Positions 46,376 to 55,777 are shown, counted from the stretch's first letter. The stretch is DNA of 64,000 nucleotides from an uncultured Thermoplasmata archaeon (GCA_964644565.1 CAZXWO010000006.1:6469-70468), one strand, 5' to 3'. The notes: generated by a model from the letters alone, not told the origin. Made by a program: numbers and translations.

Positions 46376-47611
46376 TCACATGAGGGTCGTCTGGAACCTC
46401 AGCTTGTAGTTCTTCAGCTGCCCGAGGGTCTCGTCCTCCTCGATCACCCTCTTGGCCTCCATGGACGGGACGCTCAGCTCTATCTCCTTGGTCCTCCCGC
46501 CCCTCCCGAAGGACTTCACGCGGGCGTGGACGAGGCCGAGCATGTCCAGCTCCGACACGAGGTCCGTCACCCTCCTCTGGGTGAGCACGGTGGTCGATGT
46601 GCACTCGCACAGCTCCCTGTACGTCTCGTAGAGGTCGCCGGTGGTGAGCTTCCCGAGCCCGCGCTCCTCGGTCAGGAGCACGCCGAGCAGGATCATCTTG
46701 GACTGCAGCGGGAGGGTGCGTATCGCCTCCGTGACGCAGTCGAGCTCGATCTTGTTCTTCGCCTTCACGACGTCGGAGTCCGTCACGGACGCCAGGTGGT
46801 TCCTCTCGGCGATCTCGGCCGCGACCCTGAGCATGTCGAGCGCCCTCCTGGCGTCCCCGTGCTCCTGCGCGGCCAGGGCGGCGCAGAGCGGGATCACGGA
46901 CGGCTCGAGCGCGTTCGGCTCGAAGGCCAGCGCCGCCCTCTGCCCGAGGATGTCCCTGAGCTGCTCCGCGTTGTACGGCGGGAAGACCATCTTCTCCTCG
47001 CTGAGGGAGCTCTTGACCCTCGGGTCCAGGAACTCGGTGAACTTGAGGTCGTTGGATATGCCGATCACGCTGACCTTGGCGTTCTTGAGGTCGTCGTTGA
47101 TCCTGCAGAGGTGGTAGAGGACGTCGTCCCCGCTCTTGGAGACCAGCTTGTCGATCTCGTCCAGGACGATGACGATGACCCGCCTCTCCTCGTCGATCTT
47201 GTCCCGGAGGATGTTGTAGACCCTCTCGGTGCTCCAGCCGGTGAAGGGGATCCTCTGGTCGAAGTCCTCGATGAACATGTTCCCGATGTTCTGCAGCACA
47301 CCGTACTGGGTGTCGACGATCTCGCAGTTCATGTAGAGGAAGTTGACGTTGCGGATGTCTGACCGGGCGCGCTCGATCTCCTTCCCGATGTACTTGATCG
47401 TGGCGGTCTTCCCCGTGCCTGTCTTGCCGAACAGGAGCACGTTGGACGGACGCTGCCCCTCCAGCGCGGAGACCAGCACCGATGCTAGCTGGTTGATCTG
47501 CTCCTCCCTGTGCGGCAGGACGTCGGGTATGTAGGACGGCCTGAGCACGTCCCTGTCGCCCTTGAAGACGGACTTCGTCCTGATGTACTGCTGGAAGATG
47601 GTGTCCTGCAT
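46376..47611 (-). CDS. cdc6: Orc1/Cdc6 replication initiator
   Basis: LPHREEQINQL, Walker A FGKTGTGKTA, Walker B VIVLDEID, and a C-terminal winged helix. Confidence 0.95.
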   Translation of the reverse strand: MQDTIFQQYIRTKSVFKGDRDVLRPSYIPDVLPHREEQINQLASVLVSALEGQRPSNVLLFGKTGTGKTATIKYIGKEIERARSDIRNVNFLYMNCEIVDTQYGVLQNIGNMFIEDFDQRIPFTGWSTERVYNILRDKIDEERRVIVIVLDEIDKLVSKSGDDVLYHLCRINDDLKNAKVSVIGISNDLKFTEFLDPRVKSSLSEEKMVFPPYNAEQLRDILGQRAALAFEPNALEPSVIPLCAALAAQEHGDARRALDMLRVAAEIAERNHLASVTDSDVVKAKNKIELDCVTEAIRTLPLQSKMILLGVLLTEERGLGKLTTGDLYETYRELCECTSTTVLTQRRVTDLVSELDMLGLVHARVKSFGRGGRTKEIELSVPSMEAKRVIEEDETLGQLKNYKLRFQTTLM

Positions 47612-47682
47612 CCTAGCTGCCCCCGAAAGGAAAAAACTCCTTTCCCCTCCCCCGACGCTTCCTGTGGAAGCCGCTCTCGGAA

Positions 47683-47700
47683 TCCACTTGAAACGGTGGG
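47683..47700 (+). repeat. ORB-like box TCCACTTGAAACGGTGGG (followed by a GGGG string at 47705-47708)
   Basis: 16 of 18 positions are identical to the reverse complement of 47868-47885. It resembles archaeal origin recognition boxes (TCCA..GAAAC core plus G-string). Confidence 0.55.
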
Positions 47701-47721
47701 ATTTGGGGAATCACCGGCACC

Positions 47722-47760
47722 GTACTTAAGCGTTAATATTATCCGGAAAATTCATTTTTT
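47722..47760. other. AT-rich candidate DNA unwinding element
   Basis: GTACTTAAGCGTTAATATTATCCGGAAAATTCATTTTTT. This is strikingly AT-rich for this genome and lies between the two inverted ORB-like boxes. Confidence 0.45.
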
Positions 47761-47867
47761 GCGCAGGCCGGGAATTTTCGGGTTCCGGGCGAGCCAGCAC
47801 CTGCGATATTCCGGAACCGCATTTCATGTCGGGACACCTCGGCCGGGCCTGCTGAGAGCACGGGCCC

Positions 47868-47885
47868 CCCACCGTTTCCGGTGGA
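47868..47885 (-). repeat. ORB-like box (reverse strand TCCACCGGAAACGGTGGG, followed by GGG)
   Basis: The inverted partner of 47683-47700. Confidence 0.55.
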
Positions 47886-48024
47886 ACGCGCGTGACGGAG
47901 CGTGCATCGTGCTCCTGGGAGATATCTCCATCGGAATTGCCGCTTGCGAGACCCCCCTTTCTGGTCGAAATCCGTCAGCGGAACCCATATCTCACCCTGA
48001 ACGCGTTACCGCGGAGCGGGACGA

Positions 48025-49332
48025 ATGAGAGCTATCGTTTTCTCGAGGTCGCCGGACACCGAGGAGTTGATCTCCTTACTAGATACGTTAGGTGTAGAGG
48101 TAGTGAAGGAATACGTACAGAGGAAGGACGCACATCCTACGAGCTACCTAGGACCTGGGAAGATCGAGGAGATATCGGAGGAGGTCTCCCGGATCGACCC
48201 GGACATGGTTGTCGTGAACGACCCGCTGAAGCCCTCCCAGCACCACTTCCTGGAGATGAAGTTCCAGAAGGAATGTGTGGACAGGACGGGGGTGATCCTC
48301 AGGATATTCGCGGAACATGCCCATACACCCGAGGCGATCGCCCAGGTCCAGCTGGCGAGGCTGAGGTACGAGCAGCCGTTCCTCAGGGAGTGGATCCACA
48401 AGGCGAAGAGCGGTGAACGGCCGGGGTTCCTGGCAGGCGGTGCATATGCAACGGATGTGTACTACGAGCATGCGAAGACGCACATCCGGAGGATCGAGAC
48501 CCGGCTCGCTGACCTCTCGAGGATGAGGGAGGTCAAGAGGGGGAGGAGGCACGAGGAGGGTTTCACGCTCGTGTCCTTGGCGGGATACACCAACGCCGGA
48601 AAGTCCGCGCTCATGAACGCCCTGTGCATGTCTGAGATAGAGGTCAGCTCACAGCTCTTCTCATCCCTCTCCACCACCACCAGGAGGGTAAGGGGTGTCC
48701 AGGGGAAGGTGTTGGCCATAGACACGGTCGGGTTCATCAGGGACCTCCCGACGGACCTGGTGGATGCGTTCAAGTCCACCCTGGAGGAAGTGTTCTTCGC
48801 AGACCTGATACTCCTTGCCTTCGACGCGAGCGAGGGCGACGAGTCGATCAAGAGGAAGCTGGGGACGTCCCTCGACATACTCCTGCCCCAGGTGGGTGAG
48901 GGGGAGATCCTTGTCGTGGGGAACAAGGCGGACAAGGTCTCAGAGGAGAGGATGGCGGAGGTGGTGGACCTAGTGAGGCCGTTGGTGGGCTCGATGGACG
49001 TGGTCATGGCCTCTGCTCTCTCTGGATATGGGTTGGATGTGATCAGGGAGAGGATATCAGAGACTCAGGGACACACACACGGACTGGACGTCGTCATGCC
49101 GTTGACGGATGCCAGCTACAGCCTCCTATCCAGGTTGCACAACGTCGCCGAGGTGTCTCACCGTGTGGAGGACGGCCAGCTGAGGGCGCAGCTCTGGTGC
49201 GGCCCCGCAGAAGCCGACAAGGTCAGGAGCTGGTTGTTGGCGGCCGGCGCCAAGGTGCTTGCCGACGGAGAAAGGGGCCGGGGTGGCCGTCCCGGCGCTC
49301 CAGTGGAACCGGAGGGGGGCCCGTCGGCCTAG
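48025..49332 (+). CDS. hflX: GTPase HflX
   Basis: HflX N-domain (LGPGKIEEI...DR...IL.IF..HA.T.EA..QV.LA.L.Y) and G1 motif GYTNAGKSALMNAL. Confidence 0.9.
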   Translation: MRAIVFSRSPDTEELISLLDTLGVEVVKEYVQRKDAHPTSYLGPGKIEEISEEVSRIDPDMVVVNDPLKPSQHHFLEMKFQKECVDRTGVILRIFAEHAHTPEAIAQVQLARLRYEQPFLREWIHKAKSGERPGFLAGGAYATDVYYEHAKTHIRRIETRLADLSRMREVKRGRRHEEGFTLVSLAGYTNAGKSALMNALCMSEIEVSSQLFSSLSTTTRRVRGVQGKVLAIDTVGFIRDLPTDLVDAFKSTLEEVFFADLILLAFDASEGDESIKRKLGTSLDILLPQVGEGEILVVGNKADKVSEERMAEVVDLVRPLVGSMDVVMASALSGYGLDVIRERISETQGHTHGLDVVMPLTDASYSLLSRLHNVAEVSHRVEDGQLRAQLWCGPAEADKVRSWLLAAGAKVLADGERGRGGRPGAPVEPEGGPSA

Positions 49333-49712
49333 AGCCCGAAATCCTTCTTCTTCTGCAGGACCTGGTCCTCGAACCTCTGCGGCAGGGACCACGCCAGGAA
49401 CTCGATGTCGTCGAGGTTCCTCACGAACTTGGCCTTGCTCGGCGTGTCGATCAGCGCGCTAAGCTTCCTCGTCTTCTTGACGAAGTCATAGAGCCACCAC
49501 GCGGATATCACGAGCGCCAGCGGCCCTATCACGAGCAGCCAGTACGCCCACGATCCGATGGGCTCCGTGAGGTCCTTCAGGAACGACAGGGCCGCGGGGA
49601 GGCTGTCCTCGAGGAACACCCCGACGACCCCGACGATGGTCACGAAGCTGAAGAGCACCGCGAACAAGCCGCCGAGCTCAAGCCTGTACTCTGTCAGTAT
49701 TCCCTTTGGCAC
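49329..49712 (-). CDS. two-TM membrane protein, hypothetical (DUF3198-like?)
   Basis: 127 aa. GTG start preceded by SD GGAGGGTGA. Overlaps the hflX stop by 4 nt (convergent). Confidence 0.5.
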   Translation of the reverse strand: MPKGILTEYRLELGGLFAVLFSFVTIVGVVGVFLEDSLPAALSFLKDLTEPIGSWAYWLLVIGPLALVISAWWLYDFVKKTRKLSALIDTPSKAKFVRNLDDIEFLAWSLPQRFEDQVLQKKKDFGL

Positions 49713-49773
49713 GCGTTCACCCTCCCAACCGATAACCCGAACCCCTTTTAAAATGATTCTGTAGCCCGGCTAC

Positions 49774-50460
49774 ATGCAGCCGTCCGGGATATCCGTCTCG
49801 GCCCTCGTCGGGGGACACATGCGCGTGATCGACGACCGCCTGATGTCCGTCCTCGCCGCCGGTTTCCTGTCCTCCCTGGTGCTGCTGTCCTCCTCGGCCG
49901 CCCCGCCGTCGCTCACCGTGGAGGAGCTCTGGGGGCTGGGCGGAGACTCGGCCCTGACGGTCTCGGGCGTCCTCGTCTCCCTCCGGTCCTACGAGTCAGG
50001 CTCGGAGGTCCTCGTCATATCGGACGAGGGGGGCTCGCCCACTGTCAGGGTGGTGTGCACGACGGGTCCAGGTCCGTCCCCAGGGGAGGTCTCGTCCATC
50101 GGTGACCTGCTCAGCGTCTCGGGGGAGTGCGTCTTCGAGGACGGGGTCCCCTCGGTGTTCTGCCGCTACGGCGATGTCCGGCTCACCCGCCGGTGCCAGG
50201 ACGTGTTGACGGTGAGCCTGCTGAGCACCGCGTGGCAGCTCTTCGAAGGCGACCGGGTCTCGGTCAGGGGGATGTGCGGCACGGACGTGCACGGCGCTCT
50301 GAGGCTGGCCGACGCGGGAGGGGGCTGCAGCATAGCGCTGCTCCTCGACCAGGGCGTCGCGCCGGTCTGCGGCGATGTCGTGGCCGACTGCACCCTGGCC
50401 CTCGACGCCTCCACCATGTCGCTGGCCCTGAGGGTCCACTCCCTCACGCCCCAAGGGTGA
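49774..50460 (+). CDS. hypothetical membrane-anchored or secreted Cys-rich protein
   Basis: 228 aa with an N-terminal hydrophobic segment (LMSVLAAGFLSSLVLLSSSAA). ATG lies about 27 nt from the TTTTAAAA TATA element. Confidence 0.5.
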   Translation: MQPSGISVSALVGGHMRVIDDRLMSVLAAGFLSSLVLLSSSAAPPSLTVEELWGLGGDSALTVSGVLVSLRSYESGSEVLVISDEGGSPTVRVVCTTGPGPSPGEVSSIGDLLSVSGECVFEDGVPSVFCRYGDVRLTRRCQDVLTVSLLSTAWQLFEGDRVSVRGMCGTDVHGALRLADAGGGCSIALLLDQGVAPVCGDVVADCTLALDASTMSLALRVHSLTPQG

Positions 50461-50510
50461 CAACAAGCTTTTCAGGACAGGTCGCGTTGGGCATCCCCGT
50501 GCCCGCCACG

Positions 50511-51824
50511 ATGCTCGCGTTCGACGACACCGATTCACCGGACGGCATGTGCACCACGTACCTGACGACCCTCATGCTGGAGGAGCTGTCCGACCTGGAC
50601 CTGCTCGGTTGGCCCAGGCTGGTGCGCCTCAACCCGAACGTCCCGTGGAAGACCCGGGGGAACGCAGCCGTGTGCCTCCCCCTCGGCCACGGCGAGGGCC
50701 GGGGGAGCGTGTGCGGCCGGCTCGACAGGGGGGAGGTGCGGTGGTACAAGCGCGGCCGGCCGGCCGACCCCTGCGAGCTCCTCGAGAGGGCGGCGGAGGT
50801 GGTCGCGCGGAACGCCAGGTTCGACTGTCACACGACCAACCCCGGCGTGGTCGTGTCGGTGGACCGCCCGAGGCCGTCCCTGTACTGGCGTGCGGTCCGC
50901 GAGGTCGTCAAGCTCGAGGACGTGGAGGCCGAGCTTGGGGCCCGGGGCGCGTGCTGGCGCAGGTTCAAGAGCGGCCGCGGCGTGATCGGCGCCTCCGCGG
51001 CAATGGCGTGGAGGCCGCGCGACAGGACCTGGGAGGTGATCGCCTACAGGTCCCCGGAAAGGGTCGGCACACCGCGGGACATATCCTCCCAGAGCGTCGT
51101 GGAGATGGACAGGGAGACCCGCTCGACATTCAACAACTACGACCCCGAGAACGGCCACGTCGCGATAGCCCCAGGGTCCCCCTGCCCCGTCCTGTTCGGG
51201 ATCCGGGGCGACTCGCCGTCGGAGCTCCTCAGGGCGAAGGACATGGTCCGAGGGGAGAGGCCTGCGAAGTGGCTGCTGTACATCTCCAACCAGGGCACCG
51301 AGGACCACATAGTCCGGCGGAGGGTGCGCGACCTGAGGCCCGGCGACTCGGCCAAGGTCCGCGGGACGGTCGCCGCCGCCCCGACGACCGTCCCCGGGGG
51401 GCATGTCATAGTGAGGCTGGGGGACGGCGAGGAGGTCGACGCCGCCTTCTACGAGCAGTCGCGGGGGATGAGGGACGCCGCCCGCCAGCTGCTCCCCGGC
51501 GACGAGATCGTCGCCTACGGCTCGGTGAGGTCCTCCCCCCGCTCCCTGAACGTCGAGAAGTTGCAGGTCGTAAGTCTGAAGCCCCATGTCAGGAAGGCGG
51601 CCAACCCGCTCTGCGCTAAGTGCGGGAAGAGGATGGGCTCGATGGGCTCCTCGAAAGGGTTCAGGTGCAAGGTCTGCGGCGCGCGCGCCCCCGCATCGTC
51701 AGCGGTCCTCGAGCCGGTGCCGCGGCAGTTGACCGTCGGGTGGTACGAACCACCCGTGTCGTCCAGACGGCACCTGCACAAGCCATTACGGCGAATGCCG
51801 AGGGGAACCTTCAACAAAATATAA
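50511..51824 (+). CDS. tiaS: tRNA(Ile2) 2-agmatinylcytidine synthetase
   Basis: MLAFDDTDSPDGMCTTYL N-terminus. The C-terminal OB region plus Zn ribbon is CAKCGKRM...CKVCG. Confidence 0.85.
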   Translation: MLAFDDTDSPDGMCTTYLTTLMLEELSDLDLLGWPRLVRLNPNVPWKTRGNAAVCLPLGHGEGRGSVCGRLDRGEVRWYKRGRPADPCELLERAAEVVARNARFDCHTTNPGVVVSVDRPRPSLYWRAVREVVKLEDVEAELGARGACWRRFKSGRGVIGASAAMAWRPRDRTWEVIAYRSPERVGTPRDISSQSVVEMDRETRSTFNNYDPENGHVAIAPGSPCPVLFGIRGDSPSELLRAKDMVRGERPAKWLLYISNQGTEDHIVRRRVRDLRPGDSAKVRGTVAAAPTTVPGGHVIVRLGDGEEVDAAFYEQSRGMRDAARQLLPGDEIVAYGSVRSSPRSLNVEKLQVVSLKPHVRKAANPLCAKCGKRMGSMGSSKGFRCKVCGARAPASSAVLEPVPRQLTVGWYEPPVSSRRHLHKPLRRMPRGTFNKI

Positions 51825-51892
51825 ATACGCTCAGGGGAATCAACACGGCAGAGTCCAGCGCCCCTGGAACCGGGGTGCTATGGGTGTGATTT

Positions 51893-53071
51893 GTGATGGG
51901 TCAACCTGTGATTGTCAGCGCCACCAGGACGGCGGTGGGCAAGTTCGGGGGCGGCCTCAAAGACCTGCCCGCGACCAAGCTCGGCGCCATCGTGGTTAGG
52001 GAAGCGGTCAAGCGGGCGGGCATCCGACCGGAGGACGTCGAGGAGTGCATAATGGGCAACGTTCTGCCAGCAGGCCTCGGGCAGAACCCTGCGAGGCAGG
52101 CGGCCCTGGGGGGCGGCCTGCCGGACACCGTCTCGGCCCTCACCATCAACAAGGTCTGCGGCTCGGGGATGAAGGCGGTCATGCTCGCCTCCGACGCCAT
52201 ACTGGCGGGGAGGGAGAAGGTGATAGTCGCCGGGGGTATGGAGAACATGTCCAGCGCCCCCTACCTCCTCGAGAAGGCCCGGTTCGGCTACAAGATGTTC
52301 GACTCCCAGATCGTCGACTCGATGGTCAGGGACGGCCTCTGGGACGTCTTCAACAACTTCCACATGGGCAACACCGGCGAGATCGTCGCGCAGAGGCACA
52401 ACGTCTCAAGACAGGACGCGGACGCCTTCTCGTTCCGGAGCCACCAGCGCGCCCTAGCGGCGATGAAGTCCGGGGCGTTCAAGGACGAGATCGTCCCCGT
52501 GGAGATACCCTCCAAGAAGGGCCCGACCGTGGTCTCGGTCGACGAGGGGCCCCGGGAGGACACGAGCCTCGAGTCCCTGGCGAAGCTCAAGCCCGTGTTC
52601 AGGCCCGACGGGATCCTGACGGCCGGCAACTCGTCCAGCATCAACGACGGGGCCTCGGCCCTCGTTGTGATGGACTCCGACCTCGCCGACGGGAAGGGCA
52701 TCAAGCCGTTGGCCAGGGTCGTGGACTACGTCACGTCCGGGACCAAGCCGGAGCTGCTGATGGAGGCGCCCATAGACGCGGCCAGGAAGCTGATGGAGCG
52801 CAACTCGCTCTCGATCGGGGACATCGACCTGTTCGAGCACAACGAGGCCTTCTCGACGGCATCGGTGGCGGTGCAGAGGTCGCTGAAGGTCCCGGACGAA
52901 CGGTTCAACGTGAACGGGGGCGCGGTCGCCCTCGGCCATCCGATCGGCTGCAGCGGCGCGCGGGTCCTCACGACCCTCGTCTACGCCATGGGTGCCCGGG
53001 GCGCGAAGAGGGGCCTGGCGACGCTGTGCCTGGGCGGCGGCAACGCCGTCGCGATGCTCGTCGAGAAGTAG
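51893..53071 (+). CDS. acetyl-CoA C-acetyltransferase (thiolase II, bacterial AtoB/PhaA-like)
   Basis: Active-site Cys in INKVCGSGMKAV. The C-terminal region carries NVNGGAVALGHPIGCSGARV and LCLGGGNAVAM. Confidence 0.9.
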   Translation: MMGQPVIVSATRTAVGKFGGGLKDLPATKLGAIVVREAVKRAGIRPEDVEECIMGNVLPAGLGQNPARQAALGGGLPDTVSALTINKVCGSGMKAVMLASDAILAGREKVIVAGGMENMSSAPYLLEKARFGYKMFDSQIVDSMVRDGLWDVFNNFHMGNTGEIVAQRHNVSRQDADAFSFRSHQRALAAMKSGAFKDEIVPVEIPSKKGPTVVSVDEGPREDTSLESLAKLKPVFRPDGILTAGNSSSINDGASALVVMDSDLADGKGIKPLARVVDYVTSGTKPELLMEAPIDAARKLMERNSLSIGDIDLFEHNEAFSTASVAVQRSLKVPDERFNVNGGAVALGHPIGCSGARVLTTLVYAMGARGAKRGLATLCLGGGNAVAMLVEK

Positions 53072-53125
53072 CAGGTTCGGAAGGCACTTAACCGGGCGCG
53101 CGCATACGCGCCCCTCGCTACGAGG

Positions 53126-54373
53126 GTGATGAGTTTGGACGCTTCCGAGTTGATGCGCCGCGTGGAGTCCCACCGGGAGAGGATCGTCGAGGATTTCTGC
53201 TCGCTGCTCCGCGTCAAGGCCGTGGGCCCCGAGAGCGGGGGCGAGGGCGAGAGCGCGAGGGCGGAGCACCTCGTCGCGCTCGCAAGGCGCCTGGGACTCA
53301 AGGACATCGAGGTCCTGGAGTCCCCCGACCCGAACGTCCCGTCCGGGAAGAGGCCGAACGTGATCATAAGGGTCAAGGGCAGGACGCCGAAGAGGCTCTG
53401 GGTGGTCACTCACATGGACACCGTCCCGGAGGGGGACCTGTCCGCATGGGACACGCCGCCGTACGACCCGGTCGTGAAGGACGGCAGGATATACGCCCGC
53501 GGGTCCGAGGACAACGGACAGGAGCTGATGGCCTCCCTCTACGGCCTCGCGTCGGTCGTCGGCGCCGGGCTCGTGCCCGAGCTGGACATCGGGCTGGTCC
53601 TGGTCTCGGACGAGGAGCACGGCAACGTCCACGGCATCGACTTCGTGATGGAGAAGGGGCTGTTCAGGAAGGGGGACCTGGTCGTGGTCCCAGACCACGG
53701 CTCGCTGGACGGGTCAGAGGTCGAGGTAGTGGAGAAGTCCATCGCCTGGATCGAGGTCGAGGTCAGGGGCAAGCAGACGCACGCGAGCACGCCGCACAAG
53801 GGCGTCAACGCGCTGGAGGTGGCGGCGCGGTTCATGCTCGCCGCATGCCCCATGCTCAGGGAGAAGTACTCCGCCCGCGACCCGCTGTTCGACCCCCCGT
53901 GGAGCACCTTCGAGCCGACCAAGTGCGACTCCAACGGCCCGAACGTGAACACCGTCCCGGGCAGGCAGAAGTTCTCGTTCGACTTCAGGGTGCTACCGGA
54001 CTACCCCCTCGACGACATCCTGACGGACCTCCGGTCCGTCGCCGACGGGGTGGGCCGCCAGGCCGGTGCCGAGATACTTGTGACGGTCCTGCAGCGGGCT
54101 GACGCAGCGCCCAAGACTCCCATCGACTCCGAGGTGGTCCGGAGGTTGTCCGGCGCGATATCCCTCACGAGGGACGTGACCGTGAGGCCGACGGGCATCG
54201 GCGGCGGGACCTGCGCGGCCCCGTTCAGGCGCGCCGGCATAGACGCCGCGGTGTGGGCGACGGTCGCCAGCGTGGCGCACGACGCGAACGAGTACTGCAT
54301 CATCGAAGGGCTCGTGGGCGACGCCAAGGTCTATGCGTTGCTCTTCGCCGGCGACGCCGTCGACCGCGCCTAG
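53126..54373 (+). CDS. M20-family metallohydrolase (ArgE/DapE/ACY1-like)
   Basis: THMDTVPEG, GSEDNGQ and the SDEEHG metal-ligand pattern. Confidence 0.8.
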   Translation: MMSLDASELMRRVESHRERIVEDFCSLLRVKAVGPESGGEGESARAEHLVALARRLGLKDIEVLESPDPNVPSGKRPNVIIRVKGRTPKRLWVVTHMDTVPEGDLSAWDTPPYDPVVKDGRIYARGSEDNGQELMASLYGLASVVGAGLVPELDIGLVLVSDEEHGNVHGIDFVMEKGLFRKGDLVVVPDHGSLDGSEVEVVEKSIAWIEVEVRGKQTHASTPHKGVNALEVAARFMLAACPMLREKYSARDPLFDPPWSTFEPTKCDSNGPNVNTVPGRQKFSFDFRVLPDYPLDDILTDLRSVADGVGRQAGAEILVTVLQRADAAPKTPIDSEVVRRLSGAISLTRDVTVRPTGIGGGTCAAPFRRAGIDAAVWATVASVAHDANEYCIIEGLVGDAKVYALLFAGDAVDRA

Positions 54374-55335
54374 TAGTCCTTGGCGGAACCGCCCTGCCTG
54401 TCCCCGAAGATGCGCGCGACCATCCAGTCGGAGTCGAACTTCCCGAACTCGTCGTACTCCTGTCCGTAGCTCACGTAGGCTATCGGCTTCCCGACCGCCT
54501 TCGCGATGGACAGCGCCGCGCCGCCCTTGGCGTCCGCGTCTATCTTGGTGAGCACGACCGCGTCTATCCCGACCGCCTCGTCGAACCTGCGGGCCTGCTC
54601 CACCGCGTCCGAGCCGGCCAAAGAGTCGCCCACGAAGACGACCAGGTCCGGCTTGGCCACCCTCTTGATCTTCTTCATCTCGTCCATCAGGTTGGTGTTG
54701 GTCTGCATCCTGCCCGCGGTGTCGATGAGCACGACGCCCTTCTTCCTGGCCTTCGCGTGCTCGACGGCATCGTATGCGACCGCGGCCGGGTCCCCCCCCG
54801 CCTGGTGCTTGACGATCTTGCACCCGAGCCTCTCGGCGTGTATCGTGAGCTGCTCTATCGCCCCGGCCCTGAAGGTGTCGGCCGCGGCGAGCACGATCGT
54901 GTACCCGTGCTTCTGGAGCCTGCTGGCGAGCTTGGCGATGACGGTCGTCTTCCCGGTGCCGTTTATGCCGACGAACATGATCACGAACGTGGCGTCCTTC
55001 GCCTCGAGCCGGTCCTTCAGCGAGAACTCCTGCTCGTCCAGGACCTGTTTGACCGCGGCCCTGAAGGCGAGCTGGATGGCCTCGTCGATCTTGAACTCCC
55101 GGTCTATCCTCTTGCCGGCCAGGGACTTCCTGACGTTGTCCGTCAGCTCCTCCGCGACCGGGAGGGCGACGTCCGCCTCGAGGAGCCCCATCTGCAGCTC
55201 CTGGAGGAGGTCCTCGAGGACGCTCTCCCTCAGGCGCCTCCCGGAGTCCCCGGCGACCTCCGATATGTCCTCTATGGACTTCGTCTTGGCCGCCTTGGAC
55301 GCCGCTGAGAGCTTCTCCCTGAGAGCTTTGAACAT
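54370..55335 (-). CDS. ftsY: signal recognition particle receptor FtsY
   Basis: NG domain with GINGTGKTT, DTAGR and TKID. Confidence 0.95.
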   Translation of the reverse strand: MFKALREKLSAASKAAKTKSIEDISEVAGDSGRRLRESVLEDLLQELQMGLLEADVALPVAEELTDNVRKSLAGKRIDREFKIDEAIQLAFRAAVKQVLDEQEFSLKDRLEAKDATFVIMFVGINGTGKTTVIAKLASRLQKHGYTIVLAAADTFRAGAIEQLTIHAERLGCKIVKHQAGGDPAAVAYDAVEHAKARKKGVVLIDTAGRMQTNTNLMDEMKKIKRVAKPDLVVFVGDSLAGSDAVEQARRFDEAVGIDAVVLTKIDADAKGGAALSIAKAVGKPIAYVSYGQEYDEFGKFDSDWMVARIFGDRQGGSAKDY

Positions 55336-55351
55336 GTCGCGACCTCAGGCC

Positions 55352-55777
55352 TCAGTGTCCCGCCTGAATCTTCTCGTACCGCTCCTGGACCTTCTCCGTC
55401 AGTTCGTGGACGGCCGCCTCGGTCTGCGCGGCCATCTCGGCGACCTTCTGGAACGCCTGTGCGAGCTCCTCGACGCGGGTGTCGAGTATCTTCTCGGCCT
55501 CCTCGGCGTTCCTCTGGATGGAGACGTCGGAGCCGACGCCTATGACGACGTCCTTCCTCTCGGACGCCTTCGCGTATATGTACGAGTCCGCTCCGACAGG
55601 TATCATCATCTCGTCCCCCGGAGCGCTCTTGGCAAGGCTCTTGACGGTCTCCCTGGCCTTGACGTGCTCCTCGATGGCGAGCTGTATGAGCTCCTGCTGC
55701 TTGGAGAGCGCCTCGAGCTGTGCCTTGGCGGTCTCGAGCCTCATCATGTCCTCCCTCAGGGCCGTCTCCTCGGTCAC
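55352..55777 (-). CDS. pfdA: prefoldin alpha subunit
   Basis: 141 aa with a coiled coil / beta-hairpin / coiled coil layout. The central motif is MMIPVGADSYIYAK. Confidence 0.85.
   Translation of the reverse strand: MTEETALREDMMRLETAKAQLEALSKQQELIQLAIEEHVKARETVKSLAKSAPGDEMMIPVGADSYIYAKASERKDVVIGVGSDVSIQRNAEEAEKILDTRVEELAQAFQKVAEMAAQTEAAVHELTEKVQERYEKIQAGH

Larger units (their letters stand above)
47612..48024. other. candidate replication origin (oriC) adjacent to orc1/cdc6
   Basis: The largest non-coding gap in the window (413 nt). It holds inverted ORB-like boxes flanking an AT-rich stretch (see next features). Confidence 0.6.

Noticed and set aside
47510-48416. Track ORFs 47510-48028 (+) and 47892-48416 (+) covering the orc1-hflX spacer
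   Set aside because: The first runs through a region with mixed base composition, an AT-rich tract and inverted ORB-like boxes, with no codon bias. The second overlaps hflX out of frame. The region is better explained as a replication origin.
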